Below, piece by piece: positions 39,920-51,360 of a DNA stretch of 64,000 bases. The translations under genes were made by a program, and so were the position numbers. Origin of the DNA: Azolla caroliniana (taxonomy: Eukaryota; Plantae; Polypodiophyta); assembly GCA_043228905.1 (NCBI GenBank), contig JBHGNT010000015.1, forward strand, positions 14,074,001-14,138,000, read 5' to 3'. The notes beneath the pieces were generated by a model. It had not been told where the DNA came from and ran no database searches. It saw only the letters and a list, made by a program, of their open reading frames with translations. Positions within the stretch are counted from its first letter, which is position 1. Every line of letters starts with the position of its first letter.

Positions 39920-42900
39920 TCATTTGCTGGTCCCCCCCGCTTTGTTCGGGTCGGTTCGGGTCGGTTCGTGTCGGTTTTCCGGGATGGTCCTTGTCAGTAT
40001 CGGTGTCGGTTCTTCCTCGGTCCGAATGTCTTCCGCAGCGTCTATCGGTGTCGGTTCTTCCTCTTGCCGGATTTCCGGGTTTCGCTTGAACGGGTTGGCT
40101 GGCATATTTCCTTTATACGGCTTTAGCCGAAATCCATTTGCCCACTTGCCGATGACATCTCCAAACAACGTGCCGAGCTGATACGACCCATTGTACTCCT
40201 TGGTGATCCAGAACGGTCCGGTCCATCGAAACCGCAACTTTCCCGGCATGTTCCCCATCCTTGTCTGGAATAGTAGCACCGGTTTCCCGACTTCGAACTC
40301 CTTTTCATTGCCATGCCGGTGTCGGTCCACGAAGGCTTTTCTCCTCCTTTGCTCCAGTTCGAGTTGTAGTAAGCTGGCTATTCGGTTTTCCTCTAATTCC
40401 AACAGCGTTGCCAGTCGGATTCGTTCGGACTTGTTCTCACTTAAGCGCTCCTTTACCTGAATCCGTAAGCTGGGGATCTGGAACTCTACCGGCATGACCG
40501 CTTCTAACCCGAATGCTAGTCGGAACGGGGTTGTCCGGATGCTGGTTTTGTACGTTGTTCGGTACGCCCATAGCGCGCTTTGCAATTTCGTATCCCAGTC
40601 GGTCCGGTTCTCGTTGATGATTTTTCGTAGGATATTTTGCAGAGTTTTGTTCGTTGATTCCGCTAGTCCATTGGCTTGAGGGTAGTAGGGTGTACTCTTT
40701 TTATGTACCACCGCATAAAATGACGTCAGGCTTTCTACTACCTGCCCGAGAAAATGTCCTCCTTGGTCACTTATAAGCTCGATCGGGCATCCATACCGGC
40801 ACCATATGCATTCGTACAGAAACTTTTCCGTGGAAGCGGCCGTGTTGTCCCGTAAGGCCTTTGCTTCTACCCATTTGGTGCAATAGTCGGTCGCCACTAT
40901 GACATACCGATTTCCGGTTCGCATTGCCGGTGGTTTGAAGGGACTGACAAAATCCAACCCCCACTTTTGAAACGGTTCTAAGGGCAAGACCGGGTGGTGT
41001 GGCATCCGGGCCTGCTCTGTGGGTTGGCCCAGTTGTTGACACAAATCGCATTCTCTGCTATACTTCACGGCATCTTTTAGGGTGGTTGGCCACCACAGTC
41101 TGCTCTGCCATATTTTCCGAGCTGTTGCGTCGCCGGCATAATGCCCGCCGGCAATTCCACAGTGGGCTTCCCTGAGGATTAGATCCTTCTCATCGCTCCG
41201 CACTACTCGCCTCCAGATGCCATCTGCCCCCTTGTGATAGAGGGTGTCTCCAACCAAGCAGAAATGTCTACTTCTTACTGCTACCCTTTTCCTCTCATCG
41301 CGGTCCATGTTCTCCGGGGGTACTCCGGTGCTCAGGAACTGGTGCATCTTAGTTAGCCATGTGTCTTTGTCGGCTACCGTTGTATCCGTTGCCGGTTTCG
41401 TCGTGATCCGGAACAATTCGGCGTCGGGAAACTCATCCTGGACGCCATCCCCTGCTTCTCCGGATTCAAGTCTGCTTAGATAGTCCGCTACCGCATGCTG
41501 CGCCCCGGGTCGGTGGAAAATGTCGAATTCAAATTCCTGTAGTAGCAGTGTCCACCGTGCAATTTTTCCCGTCAGGGATGCCTTCGAGACCAGGTAGAGT
41601 AGTGCCGAATGGTCGACATGGAAGGAAAACTTCCTTCCGAGCAGATAGTGCCTGTACTTTGTGACACTATACACCATTCCCAATGCCTCGCGTTCCGTCG
41701 TAGAGTAATTCCGTTCGGCTTTTGAGAGTTTCCGGCTTGCGTAGTACACCGGTCGGTACCATTTCGGTTCTGTGAGTTGCATCAGAACGCTGCCGATTGC
41801 TACGTCCGACGCATCGACGAAGACGTGAAAGCTTTTACTCCAATCTAGCGGTTGCACCACCGGAGCTTGCGACAGCATGACCTTCAACGCTTTGTAGGCT
41901 TCCTCCTCCGTCTCTGCCCATAGGAAGGGTACCCTATGTACGGCGGTATGTAACGGTGTAGCGAAGTCCGCGAGGTGCCGTATCATCCGACTATGCCACC
42001 TTATTTGGCCCAGGAACCGGCTTAAAGCCTTTGCGTTACTTGGTGCTGGTGCATCGAGAATCGCCTTGACTTTATCCGGATCTACCGCGATTCCTTCCTT
42101 ACTCACCACGTGCCCTAGCAAGTCGTCGCTTGCCACTCCAAAGACGCACTTGGCCGGATTCAGGCTCAATCGGTACTCGCGGCACTTCTCCAAGCACAAC
42201 CGGAGGTGATCGAGATGCTCTCCGTGCCGGCTGTAGACCGCGAAATCGTCAAGGAAGACCTGCATAAAACCGGGGATATATTCCTCGAAAATTTCCATTA
42301 TTATCCTTTGAAAGGTCGTTGGAGCCGTCTTTAGTCCGAACATCATCACGACCGCGACGAACACTCCCCATTCCGTCACGAACGTTGTCTTCTCTTGGTC
42401 GGCCGGGTTCATTCGTATTTGGTTGTAGCCGCTAAATCCATCCAGGAAGCTGTAAACTTCGTGCCCTGCTACCGCATCTAACACCCCGTCCGTAAATGGT
42501 AGTGGAAACGCATCGGTCACTGTCGCAGCATTTACTTTTCGGTAGTCCACGCATACCCGGATTTTTCCGTTCTTTTTCGGGACCACCACTATCGGACTTA
42601 GCCAGGTTGCCTGCTTGACCGGTCGGATAAATCCGACCCGGAGGAGCTTATCAATTTCCTCCTTCACCTTTGCCGCATAATTCGGATTCATCCGGTACCT
42701 GCGTTGAGCAATCAGTTTCGCGTCCGTACTTAGGTGAATTTGGTGCTGATAGAGCTGGGGGTCCAGCCCTCGCATGTCTTCGTACGACCACGCGAACACA
42801 TCCTTGAAGTCTGTTAACAATGCTACCATTGCCTTCTTTTCTTCGTGCGGCAATTCCTTTGCAACATTTACTGGTCGGGGCTTGTCTGCTGTGCCGAGGT

Positions 42901-44008
42901 CCACCTCCTCGAGTTGGGATGCTTTTACCCTCTGGGATATCGTCATTTCCCTCTCTAGGGATTCCTGCGCTTGTCGTAGTTCCCGGATCGCCGCTTGGTC
43001 CGGTTCTTCCGGCGTCGTAATGTACGGTTCTACTGCCGCCGTAATATCCACCTCAAATAGTGGGACGATTCGTGGGTGTTCCTCTAGGTACCGCTCGACT
43101 TCCTCGTCTGGTAATCCCTCCAACATGTTAATGCTTTCCGCATACAATGGAGTTGCTTCATTACTGGTGATCACCCGTGGTTGCGTCGTTACTCGTACCT
43201 TTGTTTTCCCTCGCCGGAATGTGATCATGTTCTTTTGCCAGTTCTGCTTGATATGCGCCGTTCGCAGCCATGGTCGTCCTAGCAGTAGGGGGTACGCGCC
43301 TTGTACATTCAGCTGCAGCACCACGGCCGATATCCGGAATACGTGGCCTCCGATTGTGATTTCCAAATCCCGGATAAGCCCGGTCGGTCGGACTGAGCTA
43401 GTATCTGCCATGCGTAACCAGAAGGGGCATGATTCCCATTCCCGGATGCCCAGGTCGCTGCATGTCTGTTGGCTGATGACATTTACCCCGGAGCCTCCAT
43501 CAATAATCGTTCCAGCAATTTCCTTTCCTTTCACGATTGTCGTGATTGCCGGACTACTTGTATCGACCACCGCCGGTCCTTCCTCCGGGTTGGAGAAGAA
43601 TGCCGGTGCTGGCGTCGGCTTCGGTTTGCTGACGGATGCCTGTAGGTCTGCCGTAAATCGTGGCACTAACTGTAGTAGTCGTGCTAACGGCAGCACGATT
43701 TGACAGTCCTGTAGCGCTTGCCACATCGGGTTCTTGCATGGCTGTATGATTTCTTCGTCTTTTGGCATATTTTGGTCTCTTACTTCTGTCGCATTCTGTT
43801 CATTGGCCTTCTTGATCCATTGTGGCGCCTGTTTTCTGATTGCCTCCTGGGCCTCCCACTCGGCGGTCTTTCCCTTTGACCGGGTTGTGACCTGCTGTAC
43901 TTCTGTTATTTCGGCTGTAACCATGTTGACTTCCGGCTGCTTGTCATAGCTTTTGCTTGGGCATTGGTTACTATAGTGGCCTTCCTTGCGGCAGTAATAA
44001 CAGTACAC
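39920..44008 (-). CDS. pol: Gypsy Pol polyprotein (zinc knuckle, protease, RT, RNase H, integrase), uninterrupted 1362 aa
   Basis: CYYCRKEGHYSNQC, IIDGGSG, LDGFSGYNQI, FLDD, FVDASD, REAHCGIAGGH...CDLC, WGLDF, SDQGGHF, PQANGLAE. Confidence 0.95.
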   Translation of the reverse strand: MYCYYCRKEGHYSNQCPSKSYDKQPEVNMVTAEITEVQQVTTRSKGKTAEWEAQEAIRKQAPQWIKKANEQNATEVRDQNMPKDEEIIQPCKNPMWQALQDCQIVLPLARLLQLVPRFTADLQASVSKPKPTPAPAFFSNPEEGPAVVDTSSPAITTIVKGKEIAGTIIDGGSGVNVISQQTCSDLGIREWESCPFWLRMADTSSVRPTGLIRDLEITIGGHVFRISAVVLQLNVQGAYPLLLGRPWLRTAHIKQNWQKNMITFRRGKTKVRVTTQPRVITSNEATPLYAESINMLEGLPDEEVERYLEEHPRIVPLFEVDITAAVEPYITTPEEPDQAAIRELRQAQESLEREMTISQRVKASQLEEVDLGTADKPRPVNVAKELPHEEKKAMVALLTDFKDVFAWSYEDMRGLDPQLYQHQIHLSTDAKLIAQRRYRMNPNYAAKVKEEIDKLLRVGFIRPVKQATWLSPIVVVPKKNGKIRVCVDYRKVNAATVTDAFPLPFTDGVLDAVAGHEVYSFLDGFSGYNQIRMNPADQEKTTFVTEWGVFVAVVMMFGLKTAPTTFQRIIMEIFEEYIPGFMQVFLDDFAVYSRHGEHLDHLRLCLEKCREYRLSLNPAKCVFGVASDDLLGHVVSKEGIAVDPDKVKAILDAPAPSNAKALSRFLGQIRWHSRMIRHLADFATPLHTAVHRVPFLWAETEEEAYKALKVMLSQAPVVQPLDWSKSFHVFVDASDVAIGSVLMQLTEPKWYRPVYYASRKLSKAERNYSTTEREALGMVYSVTKYRHYLLGRKFSFHVDHSALLYLVSKASLTGKIARWTLLLQEFEFDIFHRPGAQHAVADYLSRLESGEAGDGVQDEFPDAELFRITTKPATDTTVADKDTWLTKMHQFLSTGVPPENMDRDERKRVAVRSRHFCLVGDTLYHKGADGIWRRVVRSDEKDLILREAHCGIAGGHYAGDATARKIWQSRLWWPTTLKDAVKYSRECDLCQQLGQPTEQARMPHHPVLPLEPFQKWGLDFVSPFKPPAMRTGNRYVIVATDYCTKWVEAKALRDNTAASTEKFLYECIWCRYGCPIELISDQGGHFLGQVVESLTSFYAVVHKKSTPYYPQANGLAESTNKTLQNILRKIINENRTDWDTKLQSALWAYRTTYKTSIRTTPFRLAFGLEAVMPVEFQIPSLRIQVKERLSENKSERIRLATLLELEENRIASLLQLELEQRRRKAFVDRHRHGNEKEFEVGKPVLLFQTRMGNMPGKLRFRWTGPFWITKEYNGSYQLGTLFGDVIGKWANGFRLKPYKGNMPANPFKRNPEIRQEEEPTPIDAAEDIRTEEEPTPILTRTIPENRHEPTRTDPNKAGGTSK

Positions 44009-45837
44009 CTTGTGACTGGTACGGATACCGGGTTGTCATTCCTTGCTGCCTCCCGACGTTCCTCTCTTCGGAAAAATCCACGCTTCTGATTCCGTCGGAA
44101 ATTTCGGTTCCCTTGTCGCCTCTCTTCTCCGCGTCGGTCGTATTCCGGGGCTCCGTCTCGGTCGTACCGGTCCCGGGGGTAGATTTCTTTGCGTCTCTCC
44201 TCTCGGTCATAGTTGTCGCGTCTTCTATCAGCGTATCCTTGTCGCCTCTCTTCTCCGCGTCTGTCGTCTTCCGGGGATTCGTCTCTGTCATACCGGTCCC
44301 GGGGGTAGCTATCTCTGCGTCTCTCCTCTCGGTCATAGTTGTCGCGTCTTCTATCAGCGTATCTGTTACCGCGTTGGTAGCGGTCGTCTCTCCGGAATCG
44401 ATCCTCGTCCGGGTTCTGATTGCGCGGTTCTATGTGTCGAACCGGTGCTGCCTGCCGATTTAACAGGTTGTATTCGCATCGGTCCGTTGTATGGGCTCGA
44501 GAGTTGCAGATCACACATTGTGTCCGCAGGGTGCAGTCTACTGTTGAGTGCCCCGAATTTAGGCATGTTGTACATTGTAAGGCCTGTCGGAACCTCAGGT
44601 CTTCCTCTTTTGGGAGTGCCCGGTGTAACATCCCCATCGACAAGAAGGGGCTAGTCTTGTCCATTTCTAAAACCCGATCAATAACTTGGTCCATTGTGCT
44701 GGTTTGGAAATCAAGGACTCCGCACATTGTTCGAAGTGGCTCTTTCAGTGCGGCCAGAAAGACTGCTTTGGCTTCGTCTTTGGGTGGTGCTCTTGTCAGT
44801 TGGCTATGCAGGGTCTGGAACCGAATGATGAATTGTGGCATAGTCTCGTTTTCTTCCTGCCGGGTGGTGTAGAACTACCCGACCAATTCCCTTTGCTCAA
44901 ATTGTCTGTGAAAAAACCTGAGGAATCTGGCCTTCAAGGCATCGAATGTGGCAAAGGTGCCTGGTAAGTGCTTTGCGTGCCATTGGGCCGCCGGTCCTTC
45001 TAAGGTTATGCCGAATTCGGCGATTTTGGATCGTTCGGCTTCGGGCTCCGTCAGTCTTTGGGAGATATGGTTGGCTTCCCATGTTTGGAGGAATGCGTAC
45101 ACGTGTGCCTCCGCGTCGGCCTCATCCCGGTACTTTGGGTATGGGTACGGCATCGTGTCGTCCAACTGACTCTCCTGTTCCCTATCCGCTGTTGGCGTTG
45201 GTGTGAGAACCTTTGGTTCCTCCGCGGGTGTTGCCGGTGTCCGGTCCGTTGGTTCCTCCGCGGGTGTTGTCGGTATCCACTCCTTCGGTTCCCTCGCGGT
45301 TGTTGTCGGTATCCGGTCAGCCTTCCTCGGCGGTTGCCGGTCACCGAATTCCAGGGTTATTTCTTCCTCTGGCGCCGGTGTTACTGAGTCTTCCGACCCC
45401 TCGTCCTCCCGGTCGTTTGGTGTGTCGTGGCTGCTTTTATACCGGGATGCAACGCTTCTGTCGCTTTCCGACTCCGCCTCAAGTGTTGCGAATGCTTCCG
45501 AGTCCTCGTCGCCCGCGGCGAGCGTCTGCAGTATCATTTCCGCCTCTTGCAGGCTTGTTATGCTACTGCCTTCGTCGGGGATTTGCAGAACCCGGAACTG
45601 TAGTGCTTCTTCTGCGACTCTCCGAAGAGTTTTGGAGAATGACCGATCCCGCCGGATTTCGTCGACGGCTTGCTGCAGGGCTTCCCGTCGTTGCTCGCAT
45701 TCGGTGTATCGTCTCCCTCGTTCGGTGATGTGGTCGTCGTTTGGTCTAGACATCCATCCCCCGGTTGTCCTCTGCACTTTGCAGGAATCGTGGTCGCCAA
45801 AATAGTGTTGTCTGTCTGGCCGGACTAGCCTCAACAC
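43906..45837 (-). pseudogene. gag: Gypsy gag with RD-rich repeat; one in-frame TAG (44875-44877) and a frame change to pol near 44015
   Basis: ORFs 44875-45837 and 43906-44841 are in the same frame; LEGPAAQWH...FDALKARFL retrotransposon-gag motif; CTTCLNSGHSTVDC and CVICNSRAHTTDRC knuckles. Confidence 0.88.
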
Positions 45838-46185
45838 AGGTGTCTACCCGACACTTCTCCAAAGGGGTGGTAAGGATTGGATGCTAGGTTACACGCATAA
45901 GATAATTATAATTAAGCACGGACGGCAAACAATACGAGACACAGGTAAATACACAATGATTACTATTGTATTACTTCCGTCGAAACACTTTACAAATCAT
46001 CGAATCCTTTTATAGGCATTCGGCAAGGTTACAATCGGTGCGCTTAGGCAACCGACATCCGAATCGGTTCGGATCCGGATCGGTACAACTGTATCGAATC
46101 CGTCCCTCCGAATAATAATTCTACTCTTACTTCCTATTATCCGATCCGCCTTCCCACTTGTCCTTGCTCTTTTGACCGGCCAACA

Positions 46186-47786
46186 AGGCTTAAATCTTTC
46201 GCCACAACACTTGACAAAACAGACACAAGAAGTTGCTCGTCCTTAATACCTTGCATCGCTCTCCATAGAGACAACTTCATGTCGTCAACCGCTTCTTCAA
46301 TTGTCAAGTCAATTTTCTTGGCTGCTTGTGACTTTAACTCTAGTTGAGGGTCAACCTTACATTTCTTTTGTCGTTGACCCTTTACCTCCTTATTCTCCCA
46401 CATTGAGAAGATTTGATCCTGTAGGTCCCATACTTCTCCATCTCTAAAGGCCAGTTGAAACCAAGACTCATATTTTCGAAGACCATCGGACTTAACAATA
46501 TTATCTACCACAATACCGACTTCATGCAGACATTGACGTCGTAGACCTGGATGTAGCTTCACACCAAACTTTTGTTTCACGTCCAGATACTCATGGTGTA
46601 AGAACCTTATACGCTCAATCGACGACATTTTCTACCTATAGTCATTATCATTATTATGGTCCCATGCCAACAGCTTTGCCTCTTCAGTTGTGAACCCCAC
46701 GTAAATTTTGCACTCGGCATACTTGAAGAAGAAAGTCATTGGATGTTCTCTCACAAGTTGCCGACGTGCCTCCACTAAATGTGATCCACCAATGACAAAG
46801 TAATTATATTGATCATGCTTTCTAATATCAAAATCTTCAATGGTTTCACATTCTTCAGGATCTACCATGACAATAAAAGGCACCACAGTGGCATGAGGAT
46901 TAATTTTCATTTTTTTCTTGATATCTTGAACATGCATGCGGTGTGGCTCTCTAATCTCAAGTGGTCTTCGTCCTATTTTTTCATCAATAGGGGGTCGATG
47001 GATGTGTGTTATAGGCAAATTAAACAATTGCCCTTTCCTGACCAGTTTAACTCTCTCCTTATCTTATTCTGCTCAGATGACAACACACCTAATGCCAGCT
47101 CAGCTCCTGGCGTCCCCTTAGTGTCCTCCTCTTCATTTTCAATTGATGAATCGGAGTTCGACATTTTGGTTGTCTTCTTCTTTGGTGGTCTTGATTGTAC
47201 TTTAGATACCCTTTTTGTGGCCTTCACTGGGGAGGGCACTTCCTCCCTTAGAGTTACATGGCCTTGTATATAAGGCCTCAAGGTAACAATAAGGTTTTGT
47301 GAGCTTTCAAGATCTTTTTTGAACACTTCTGGCCCACAAGATTCCTTTACTAGAAGATCTTCTAAGAGGAACACTTTACGTACCCCCTTGGAGCACTCTA
47401 TCATTACAAGTATGTTGGCCGAATCTGCATCTTCGTAGTCAAATCGTAGAATTCGGCCATACATAAATGGGGTTTCCTTTCCAAGTTGCCCCTCCCCCTT
47501 CTTCTTTGCTATATACAATACGACTTTTTTCTTTGAGTCGACGTATTGCATACACCATTCCTTGTCCGTTAGATCACGGTCAGGAAGGTCTTCACCTCCA
47601 GTAGCAGCTACAAGTTTCTTTTGGCTAACCTCAATGTGTGGTTGAGATTTTGACTCCTTGTTGAAGAGAAGATTTTTTCCTCTCTTCATGGACTCGGGAG
47701 CTACTAGGGTTTGTGTTTCAATTGGAGAACCCTGTATGCGGAGCTTTATCTTCTTCACAGGTTGGTCTGACAAGTTCTCAAACGAC
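46186..47786 (-). pseudogene. N-terminal exon of the cargo gene, including a ParB/Srx-like domain
   Basis: PLEIREP...HVQDIKKKM...VPFIVMV...YFVIGGSHLVEARRQL...TTEEAKLLAWDHNNDNDYR*KMSSIERIRFL; reads in frame across the TSD into 36176 (AKDLS|LEEMVTEFN); one frameshift near 47030, one TAG at 46632; candidate splice acceptor at 47787-47788. Confidence 0.75.
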
Positions 47787-48307
47787 CTATTTAAGAAAGG
47801 ACATGCGAAAACATAAGTTAGGTGGGCACGTAGATTAAGGTTGTATATTAAAATACAAATAAGTAGATGAAGAAATAAACTAGCAGGCGATTTGTGGTGA
47901 ACTATAAATATCAATCATGCATTCAGTGTACATGGTAGTCCTATATTCAGAAATCTATTCTAGTAAGGGCTATTCAACTTAGAAAGTATATATTGTAATA
48001 AGTATACAAGGTTATATATTTTCTTGAAGGGCAGGTATGATTTATATTGATTCCATAACCATATTGTAGATAATTTACATATGATACACTTGATATTGGT
48101 ATCGTAAAGGTAATTTGTGGGTTTTTTCTACTATTTTAAGCAATAGTTTTTTCTACTATTTTAAATAATATAGACATTATATTGAGGGAGCTTTTGTTTA
48201 GAGAGGAGTTTATGTTTAGAGAGGAGTATATGTTTAGAGAGTAGCTTATTAGTTTTTTGCCTTAGCCTAAGCACGTAAGTTAAAGAGCCCTATCTAGACC
48301 TTAAGCC

Positions 48308-50827
48308 ATGAGTGAAGATTCACCGTTCTTGATTGAAGAATGTTGTTTTTCATCAGACTCATCATTTTCTACCAAAGAGTATTATTTGTCGACAGACTCA
48401 CCATATTCTATTGAAGAATATTTTCTGTCGACAGACTCACCATATTCTATCGAAGAATATTGTCTAAGCTCATCTTCACCTATAGGGAATGTAAATAATG
48501 AAACATGTGAAGAGTTCTCTATTGAAGAATACGATATTAATAAAGATACGGAGAATGAAGGTAGTGTCAATGAAACATCGAATAACATTGGTGATGGTCA
48601 CAACAAAGAATTAGATTGTAACAAGGTTACACCAACCTCTATGCAGGAAGAGAAATCTGGAAGCCCTATGCATATTAGAAGAATCCCACGAAGAATTCGT
48701 CTGGCTAGATTTAGCTTGGTGACATCAGATAAACAGATTGGATTTGATGTCAAAAATATATGTTGTGCCCGTGGTTGTATGTCTATGATTGGAAAATCAA
48801 AGTTGCGAGAATTAAGGCGATACTATTTTCCGATGACTGGTGATGAGCAAGACACTTACCTCGGGTCACATATGCAACTAGTATCTGACAAATGTACGAG
48901 GATCAAAGTATCATTCGAGTATTATATCTTCCATGCACAAAAGATATGTAGAGTTGCATTCAAAATTGCGTTATGTGTTAGTAACATGCGGCTACAGAGA
49001 GTACAACAACGTCTACTTAGCGGGGATCAAATGCTCAATTGTAAAGAGGTTCCAAGTATGAAAGGTGCAATTGGAAGACATGCTATTGGTTGGATAAAAA
49101 GTTACTTTCGGTTAAATTGTGAAGTAATGCCCACTACAGGTAGGATGCACCTTTATGATAATTATACACGTCGGGAAGTTTATGATGTCTATCGATTTGA
49201 TATGGTGGGCTCACGTAATAAGTCTGTCACATATAGCCAATTCACAAGATTATGGAGTGCTCGGTTTTCAAATGTTATCATTCCACGTAAAGTACGCATG
49301 GGGTATTGCTCCATTTGTGCAAATCTTAAAAGTTTGGCTAAAGGTGCAAAGACATCAATGGAAAAGGATATGAGTAAGAAGTTACTACAAGAGCATCATG
49401 AGGCACAATCGTTAGAACGAAAGAAGGCAATGCATCATAGAGAGAAGTGTTTGAAGAGGCCCGAACAATACATGTGCTTAATGATAGGTGGCATGGACTA
49501 GAAGAAAACGTGCTTCCCGCATATGCGGAGGCTCCCCAAAGATGTCAATGATGAGTGCCTTGTTCAAATGCACTTGGTGGGATGCTTGGTTTATAGTAGG
49601 TCTGTTGGACCTCACGTCTTCATTACATACCCCAATGTTCACAATGACCCTAACCTAATAGTTACAATGATTTACCGAGTTTTGATGTCTTGGGGTATGT
49701 TCTATACATTCAATTGGACAATACTGCTAGAGAGAATAAAAATTCAACTGTGTTTGGCTAGCTAAGTATGTTGGTCAACCAAGGATTGTTTAGGAAAGTG
49801 AAAGTCAATTTTCTTTTGGTTGGCCACACACATGACCATATAGATCAGATGTTTAGCACATTCTCCAGATAGTTGTCTCGGCATGATTCTTTCACTTTAC
49901 CTAAACTATTTGATGTCATTTGTGATGCATATACACCACGCCCAAATGTGTTACACTTGAAGGAGGTATATGACTTTAAGAGATATATATCAGATGGGGG
50001 TGGTGGGAATGTTAAAGTGCTTGCCCAGTTAAACAATATAAGTTTCAATCACATTTTTATGATAAAGAAAAATGAAATAAGTGGTTCTACACTTTTGTAT
50101 GTTAAACAATATTCATCTTCTACAACATGGGAACCTGAAGGTGGTTGGCAGTTATTACTTTGTATGCTGAGTACAATTGTCCATGGAGCTAAGCAAATGC
50201 CAATTGAGAAGAAAGGACAGTTGCAGAGTGTCTTGGTATCGGAACAAAAACGGTCATGCCGCACAACAAGACACGACATGATGGGATGTATTTTATAGTG
50301 ATTAGAAAGGAATTATAGACAATTGTGTATTTGGTGATAATTGGAATTTGGAAACGCCATTCACATGGTCGCTGCAACATGATCGTGTAAATAGAACTCG
50401 GGAGCAACCACCAAATGCGATTAATGACAACTTGGTCCATCCACAACAAAGAGACATTTATGTGGGACAGTTGATGACCAAAGCAGCAGAAGCTAGATGG
50501 CAAGGCAATTTGCAAGAGATCACGGTGGGGATGTTGATTGTAACGCCGACTGATGAGAACTCACATGGCCACCAAATTTGGGTGGGTAAAATTCTAGAAG
50601 TGCTAATGCATGAAATAGAAGACACAATCAAGTCTATAAACGTTCATTGGTACAACACTAGAAGTGCAAATGTTTTTACAGGTAAGTATACATTGGAGAT
50701 GATTGAATGCCCAACAAGAAGGGGAGGTAGGAAGAGGAAGCGAAACATTCGTAACACCTCGACCCTTGATAACTTTGATGTGGATATCGTCGTGTACGAC
50801 TTCACACTTACAAAAGCCGGACAATGA
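48308..50827 (+). pseudogene. Sola-like DDD transposase (disrupted)
   Basis: CCARGC, ICRVAF, YCSICANL, LMIGGMD*KK, manually translated LYIQLDNTARENKN (about 49702-49743) and FLLVGHTHDHIDQMFS (about 49810-49857), VYDFK; stops and frameshifts. Confidence 0.85.
48330..48480 (+). repeat. 39-bp coding tandem repeat (EEYxLSTDSPYSI), about 4 units
   Basis: TGTCGACAGACTCACCATATTCTAT at 48387 and 48426; peptide repeat visible in ORF 48308. Confidence 0.85.
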
Positions 50828-51360
50828 AGGAAGTCAACAATAGTTATAATAAAAGAAAAATTGCTAGGTCTACAAGGTGGCTCGACTCAAAGGCAAACAA
50901 GATTTGCTACATATAGTCTAGAGTCAAACCATTTGGTTTATGATGAAGATAATGCACTAATTGGTACATCCGAGGATGACGAGGAGAAATCGTCATTGTA
51001 TATTAGTTATAGTAGTGATTCTCCATAACGGAGTGATCATGAATGTATTTTTGGTTATTAAGTGTAACTACATTCCACTTGTAACAAATCGAGTAATATA
51101 AAAGCATGTGTTTTGAATTCTTATGATTTCTAAAAAATCGTTTCTTATAAAATAACATTGGTTGTAAAGTTTGTGATATAAATTGCGAATGTGACTTTTT
51201 GAAATTCCTCATTTTTTAGTTACTTGTAAATCACAAAAATAGTGGATTTTTAACCTTTTTCATAGTATATTTGAACATGTATGATACTGGTATCAATGTA
51301 TTTTGTAAAATCATTGAGAAAGTACTAAAATCAACCAAAATATTCCTTGTCCTTCCATTT

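Larger units (their letters stand above)
36182..46185 (-). mobile_element. Young full-length Ty3/gypsy non-chromovirus (Athila/Tat-related) with an extra 3' ORF
   Basis: LTRs 36182-36525 and 45806-46185 (about 4 transitions plus one 36-bp indel); TSD AGGCT (36177-36181, 46186-46190); minus-strand PBS TGGCGACCAC at 45790-45799. Confidence 0.97.

Noticed and set aside
43990-44040. Programmed gag-pol ribosomal frameshift
   Set aside because: No clear slippery heptamer; the frame change just before the zinc knuckle is more simply an indel in a single gag-pol ORF.
36546-45805. Long + strand ORFs such as 38769-39593 and 42774-43703
   Set aside because: Antisense shadows of the minus-strand gypsy ORFs, with no independent motifs.
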